64,000 nucleotides of DNA from the human T2T-CHM13v2.0 reference genome, Homo sapiens: assembly GCF_009914755.1 (NCBI RefSeq), contig NC_060947.1. One strand, given 5' to 3'. The notes under the pieces were generated by a model, which saw nothing but the letters and a program-made list of their open reading frames with translations, did not search any database and was not told where the DNA came from. Positions 57,006 through 64,000 of the stretch are shown in pieces. Position 1 is the first letter of the stretch, and each line of letters begins with the position of its first letter. The position numbers and the translations under genes were made by a program.

Positions 57006-57966
57006 AGAATATAAATCTGAAATGAATGCCTTCATTCTTACAAAGCCATTCTGAAAATGATAGCAATTACAGGGCAGATAGAGATGCAAAATGAGGATGT
57101 CTGACGAATGTAACTAATGTCATCCACAAATTGAACTGTGCAGATTTTAGCACAGAGAAGAGAAGCCAAGACTTGAAATTCCACATTCTACTCATGATGC
57201 CATTTTATGCCGGAACTCCAAAGCTTCATTACTACTTCCTGTCATTTTAAATATTGCACTAATTACGACGGCCTCTAGGAATGAATTAACAAAATTTCCT
57301 AGATTTGTGAGTGTAGAAATCACCTTATTTTTACAAAGATTTTAAATGGTTACATTGTTGGCAGATACACAGACAACAGGATATTCACGTAATTGCCTCT
57401 TTTATCTTAGAAAAAAAGGTTAATCAAATGCCCTGTCTGATGAAGAGATAAAAAAAACAACCCTTACTGTTTGTGTTTCTTTTAAAAATGCTTTCCTGGC
57501 ATTATCAGTTGGTTGATTCAAATGAGACCTTATCCTGTGGGCAATGAACCATATTCTTTCTGTCTAACTGAAGAAATAAAAATATATTCTTTTTTACCCC
57601 TTAGGGCCATTTTTGCTATTAAACTGTAGTATTCTATGCTCTACCTATTCTGAATTATCCAGAATGGAGAGTTTCTTTTGGCGCTTTCCTTTCTGCTTGT
57701 TGCTTAAGCAGTGTTTTTTGTTGTTGTTGTTGTTTTGTTTTGTTTTGTTTTTTGATGTATAAATATGTATGTGTGACTGCGTGTATGAATAAAATAGTAT
57801 AATAACACTTCTCCTCAAATGAGTGCAGTGATACAGCAAACTGACCTTTCAAGAACTTAGTCAAGAACTAACAAATAAGTAAAACAGACCTCTTAGTAGC
57901 TAAACCAGATAACACTCAACCCTTGCACAAAAGCTGATTCACTTTATTATAGACGCTTTCTAGACC

Positions 57967-58254
<288 letters not shown>

Positions 58255-59374
58255 TAGACTCCTATTCAGAGCTTATTTATTTGTACTCAACACACATACA
58301 GTTCTTATCAACATTGTTATCTGCTTTCACTCCTATCCCCAACAGTTCACAACAGATTAGAAGCAGCAGTTTAGAAATGTTGTTTTGGGAGAGTATATCC
58401 ACGGGGGGAGTCACTGCTGAGAGCTTATAGGAGGAGGGAGAAAGAAAAATTATAAAGCAGTCATAGAGATTCCAAAAGCACAGTCATCTAGCACCATTTG
58501 GTGTAGGGGCAAATAAACTCTGAGGGTATCAGTTTTCTACAGAAGAGAATAATCATTAGAATTCATAATTCCGTTCAAATCCCAGATCAATAAAGGTAAG
58601 ATTATGCTTAGCTACAGAAAATTCAAGATGGCGTGTAATAAAATTTCAAAAGATTTCAATCCAAACTGATGAAAAGAAATAGAAACAGGTTTATTGAGGC
58701 ATAATTTACCAGGTGTGTATTTGTAGGACTTTTGTACACTTTTTGTTCTGTAACCATAGTATGTAGTCCTTTGTCTGGCTTCTTTCATTAAGCATAATGC
58801 TTGAGATTCATCCATGTGAGCTGGTTAAAATTAAAAGAAGAAGTTTTGTGCTTAAACCTGGAAGACACATCACCTAAGATTTTCTGATAACTGAGATTTG
58901 CTCTACAGGTAATATAAAAATAGTGAGTTCTCTTAAAATAAATCCACACCATGGGAAAACAGGCAGCAGCGTTCACCTTTCTTATAGTAGCCTAAGTTTT
59001 TCCTTCTCCCCTGTTCTCCTTGTCAAACAAACACAACAGAAAACATATAAGCTCCCAGCATATTGTCTGGCATTCAGTAGGTGTTCAATACATAGTCATT
59101 CCTTTCCTTTTCCTTTTTCTTCTGTTTATATCTTGCTTTCCCTTTTTTCCACACCCTTTGATACTCTCCCTTCAGGCTGCTTTATAGGTCAGCTAATATG
59201 AGTAATTATGATAAGAGTTGCTCATTATTGCCCCAGTTTCCTTGACTACTAAGAAGTGCTGGGCAAATGTTAGTTTTTTACCAAGCCTCAGCGACTTAGT
59301 CACCTGTTGATGAGTTATCCAAAGAGAAACAGAGCTGACGGTCTTGGCCTTTCATACTATATTTATTTACACAT

Positions 59375-59900
59375 ATGTGTCACACCCATTTTGGGGTGCC
59401 AACCGAATTTCCTCTCCTTTGCAATTGCCCTTGCTGAAGGGAAGGGCACAGACAGCCATGTTTGTACTGTGTAACCCTTGGCCTCAGCTGATTGGGCTAT
59501 AGACACCTGATTCAGGGCAGCCAATCATAAGGTGGGCTGGCTTAATCTCTCTTGATCATCTCTTTTGAGAACTGAAACAGAAGAACCCAGGTAGAGACTC
59601 CATGGAGGACTCTTGAATTGAAAATTCATCTAGAGCTGGCTTTCAAAAGTGAAAGCTGAAAGAAACTGAGGTCTGAATCATTCTTGCTGAGAGACCTTTG
59701 GGACCCATGAGAGACTCCAGAATTAGTCTTTTTCTGACTTGCTGGTGGCTGCCTCCTCATGGCCTGATAAGACTATGCTCCCTCCTTGGATGTCTGCCTG
59801 CACTATTGCCTGTTATGTCCCTACTGTCATCCTTTCCCTTTTACTCATGCAAATGTGAATTGGTTCCAGTTTACTGCAACCAAGCAATGTCTATTAGGAC
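59375..59900 (+). mobile_element. Old MLT1 (K/L-like) LTR
   Basis: ccttggcctcagctgattggg..acacctga..agccaatc; end gtttactgcaaccaa. Confidence 0.55.
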
Positions 59901-59927
59901 AATGGCCTTGCAGTTCAGACTCTTCTT

Positions 59928-59931
<4 letters not shown>

Positions 59932-59967
<36 letters not shown>

Positions 59968-60238
59968 AGACAAAGTCTGTCTCTGTCGCCCAGGCAGGAG
60001 TGTAGTGGTGCAATCTCTGCTCACTGTAACCTCTGCCTCCTGGGTTCAAGTGATTCTCCTGCCTCGGCCTCCTGAGTAGCTGGGACTACAGGTGTGCACC
60101 ACCATGCCCAGCTAATTTTTGTAGAGACGGGGCCTACAAAATGTTGGCCAGGCTGGTCTCGAACTCCTGACCCCAAGTGATCCACCTGCCTCGGCTTCCC
60201 AAAGTGCTGGGATTACAGGCATGAGCCACTGCCAAGCC
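59932..60238 (-). mobile_element. AluS with rearranged middle linker
   Basis: 35-T tail and Alu body; see findings. Confidence 0.92.
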
Positions 60239-60333
60239 TCTTTTTTTTTTTTTTTTAATCTCTGATAGAAATGTATTTATATATAAAAGTCTTTATGAGA
60301 CGCATACCTATTTCAAAATTGCAATTTAATGAG

Positions 60334-60842
60334 TGTATTAGTTTCTTATTGCTGCTGTAACAAATTACCACAAATCTCGTAGCTTAAAACAACATTAATT
60401 TATTGTCCTACAGTTTCAGAGGGCAGAAATCAAGTATCAGTGTCACTGAGCTAAAGTCAAGGTGTTGGCAGGGTAGAATTCCTTCCGGAGGCTTCAGGGG
60501 TGAATTCATTTCCTCAGCTCTAGATCACCAGAAATCATCTGCTTTCCTTGACTCATGATCCTTTCCTCACATCACTCTTAATTTCTTCCCTTCATTCAAA
60601 CCTCTTGCCTCTGTTATCACAGATTCTACTGTCTCCTTTAACCTTCTTGCCTTCCTTTTATAAGGACCCTTGTGACTGCATTTAGGGCCCACTCAGGTAG
60701 TCCAGGATAACCTCTCCATTTCAAGATGCTTTGTTTAATGACATCTGCAAAATTCCTTTTGCTATACTGTGTAGGGTAACATTCACAGGTCCTGGGGACT
60801 AATTTGTGGATATTTTTAGGGGTTATTATTCAGCCTATTCCA
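60334..60842 (-). mobile_element. MLT1D-like LTR
   Basis: tgtattagtttcttattgctgctgtaacaaattaccacaa..taaggacccttgtgact..gtaacattcacaggt. Confidence 0.85.
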
Positions 60843-61014
60843 GTAAGTTTTTTTATTAAGTGTTACAGGGTCAAACTATATCAGGAGGAAAGATGTATTA
60901 CTGGGGTAAGTAGAGCTGAGTGAAAAATGGAGGAGGAATTAAGGGACAAGCAGCCAGAGGGCAGATGTGGAGTCTTACAGATTCTGAGTGCCAAAGGCTA
61001 GCAGGGGGGAAATA

Positions 61015-61370
61015 GAAGTATACTGAAAAGTTCTTACGTGTAAAGTAGTCTATTACTTGAAGATAGACCGTGGTAAGTTAAAGAGGTGTACTATTAACCC
61101 TAAAGCAAACAATAGAATAACAAATAACTTCAGCTAATAAGCAAACAAAAAAGATAGAACAGCATCATAAAAAAACCTCAATCCCAAAGAAGGCAGAAAG
61201 AGAGGAAAAAGGGAACAGAGAACAGATGAGACAAATAGAGGACAAATAGCAAGACAGTAGATTTATATACAGCCATATCAATAATATGATTGAGTATAAA
61301 TGGTCTAAGTAACCTCAATTGAACTGCAGAAATTGTTAGATTAAATTTTTAAAAACTCAGCTATATCAGA
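61015..61370 (+). mobile_element. Old L1M fragment (inter-ORF region / ORF2 start)
   Basis: aatcccaaagaaggcagaaag..acaaatagcaag..atatcaataat..taaatggtctaa. Confidence 0.65.
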
Positions 61371-61560
61371 AATATGAAGATGGTATGTCACTTGCATTTA
61401 TCTGATTTTTTATTATTGTTTATTTTCAAATATGGTTAAGCATTCTAGATATACCTTGAAGTACATTTTGTACTGAAAATTTACTCATCAGGTGTAGTGT
61501 AGGTGTATATTTATTATTACAAGTTTGTAAAATCCGTTAATTTTAAATAAAATAATTATT

Positions 61561-61656
61561 AAGAATTCTAAAATAGTTTGCTGAGAATGATGGTTTCCGC
61601 ACATGTACCCTCGAACTTAAAGCATAATAAAAAATAGAAAAAAAGAATTCTAAAAT
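61561..61656 (+). mobile_element. Tiny 5'-inverted (twin-primed) L1PA insertion
   Basis: 14-bp TSD aagaattctaaaat (61561-61574, 61643-61656); inverted L1 piece 61575-61598; sense L1 3' tip plus A-tail 61599-61642. Confidence 0.9.
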
Positions 61657-62199
61657 GGATGAAGAAATAAGTGTACAGATGATAGGATATTAAGAAAATG
61701 TGTTAGCTCAAAACTTCAGGGACTTCGTGATATTCTTTTTTAGTCAACAAATGTTTATGAAAATATAAATAATAGTATAAGGAGAAAGTCTAAACTTATA
61801 TATAACAGCATTTATGATATGTTGCCCTCAATCCCTACATAATGAAAAATACAAGGAGCATAAAAATATGAGGAAATTGTGCTAGAAAAAAATGAATGAC
61901 ACAAAAATATCTTGCTCTTCTATCAGCTTCAAGCTGAAGGTGAGCGTTTATTGAATATCCCAAATTATTGTTCCTATATTATAATGGTGACTTTAAAACT
62001 TCGACTGCTAAAACTTTTAATTATAAAATTATAATTATAGTTAAATTTTGGATAAAAGTTGATTTATTCTTGTATCCCTGAAGTTTATTCTGTGATAGTG
62101 AGATTCAGTTTCAGACAAGTATCAATTTTAATACTCAGCCATTTAACATTCATCTAAAACAGGTATTCAGTGTGACTTTATGTGTGTCTATGTCCATAT

Positions 62200-62735
62200 T
62201 CTGTTTATAAAACTAAACATTATCATAAAAATATGAAGTTCCCTAAGTCTCTAATATTCTTTTATAATGTGATTTTAAGTAAAATCAAATCATTAGACTA
62301 TATCATAGTTTAAATTATTTTATTGTTGGCCAGTTAGTTGCTTTCCAGATTTCTGAGTATTTATAAATGTGCTGAATATCTTGTTCATATATCTTTGATC
62401 TTATCTCTGAATTTTTTCCTCTCCAGAAACCCTGGGCTACTTTCCATGCCTCTGTCTAATGTATAAGAGTGAAATTCTTATTTCAGGCCATTTTTTCTAA
62501 ACCCTTGCCAACGCTGACTATTATTAGTTTTATAATTTCTGACAATTTGATAGGCAAAACTGGCATCTCATTATTAATTTATTTTACAGTCTCTTCGGTT
62601 ACTTGGTCCAATTTCTTCTTTTGTGAAGTTTCTATTTGTGGCCTCTTCCTATTGTCCAATTGGTGTTAGTGTTTTTCATGTTTATTTATAAGGGTTCTCT
62701 GTTTATATAGTAAGGATATTAACATTTATTCATTA
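62200..62735 (-). mobile_element. L1ME remnant
   Basis: tattgttggccagttagttgctttccag; tgacaatttgataggcaaaactggcatctcatt. Confidence 0.55.
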
Positions 62736-63094
62736 AAAATGAAAAATATCAGCTTAGAAAAGCCTTCTGTATTCTCATATGCTAGCTACTTTGATAGGCT
62801 TGGATGGAGTGGGTGGAGAGAGAATGCGAGGGTGTTTACTGGGAACATTATTAGTGGGGAGCATGTTACAGTGAGCGGAAATTCAGTTCACCCTCTATAC
62901 ACCTCCAGACTGATTTTCCTAAAAATAATACTGTCAACATGCCTTCTGCTCAAAATCTCCCCATTGTCTTCATCAGCCATCTACCAAAGCATAATTTTAT
63001 CAGCCAGGCACCAACATTTCTCCATATTTGGGCCTCAAGTATTTATTTTCAAATTGTGTCCAACCCAACCCAATCCAACCCAGCTCTGTCTAGA

Positions 63095-63620
63095 CTAGTC
63101 TAATGTGTTAGGTGTTGAGGATACAGAGATGACAAGGTCTCTATCTTCAAAGTGCTTGCAGACAAGGAGGGAGGGACAAATAAATAGATTTCTGACATAA
63201 ACCTCCTGTTAGGAATACATAAAAGGCATTATTGGGAAAGAGGGGACAGACAGCCTGGCTGGAAGAGACGGGTCAGGAAATCTTACCAGAAAAGAGGATG
63301 GCTAACATGCATCTTGATGAATGGACAGTTTGTCAATCAGTCAAAGACAGGTCATGGTGGAGGGGGAATAGTTTAAGAAGAGGGAAGATCAGGTGAGACT
63401 CAGTTCAGGTCAAGTGGAGGGATATGGGAGAAGTGGTCAAAGATGAGGTGGTGGGCAGGGTTCAGAGAGACTACTGCATCAAGGGGGTTGCGTTTTAACC
63501 TCAGAGTAGTGGAGAGTAATTGAAGAGTTATGAACAGAAGACTGTCTGATCAGGGTTATGCTTTAGACAAATCACCCTGGCTGCACTCTGGAGAATGAAT
63601 CAGAGGGGAAATACTTAGAG
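63095..63620 (-). mobile_element. L2 remnant
   Basis: ttaggtgttgaggatacagagatg..; tttagacaaatcaccctggctgca..ggagaatg. Confidence 0.7.
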
Positions 63621-64000
63621 GGACTATAGGTCTGGGTTGGCCTGAGGCAGTTTTGATTTACACCTGTTGTCCTGGGATTCTGCCCAGTTTAGCATTTGCT
63701 GTAGGTTTTTCATTTTTAAATCAAGTATTTTTATTAATAAGCATTAAAACAAGTTGGGGCAAATTTGGTAAACCTCCATTTAGTACTTTCGTTTTCTGTC
63801 ATAGTCTTATCTAGTATTGAGATGAATATTCACTGAGCAGACGTCTTTATCATGCAGTTAAATCTGGAATAAAACCAATGAGCCTGCCTCTCTTCTCCCT
63901 GCCCTTTCCAGATGCAAGGTGGTTAATATCTGCCTCTCAATGAAGGGGAACATGCAGGTTGTTCCCTGATAAGACCAAGTGGTTCTGACATTAGCAGCAG

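Overview
Primate (human/great-ape-type) genomic DNA, intergenic or deep-intronic. No host protein-coding exon or RNA gene can be supported. The window is a dense mosaic of transposable elements: Alus (J, S, Y, FRAM), old L1M/L2/MIR fragments, MaLR/ERVL LTRs (MLT1, MST, THE1, MLT2, LTR16/33), a full-length THE1A provirus, a solo LTR12C-type ERV9 LTR, and hAT DNA transposons (Charlie1a, MER1A, MER3, MER5). The standout is a young L1 piece at 16240-18024. It is a purely internal ORF2 segment with no 3' UTR and no poly(A), flanked by a 9-bp duplication that overlaps L1 sequence at both junctions. It is fused in frame to a flanking ATG, giving an open 623-aa ORF with an intact RT core but no endonuclease. 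A ~70-bp twin-primed (inverted) L1 at 61561-61656 and several small template-switch scars are also visible. Repeat family names come from recalled consensus sequences and need RepeatMasker/Dfam confirmation. Boundaries of old elements are approximate.
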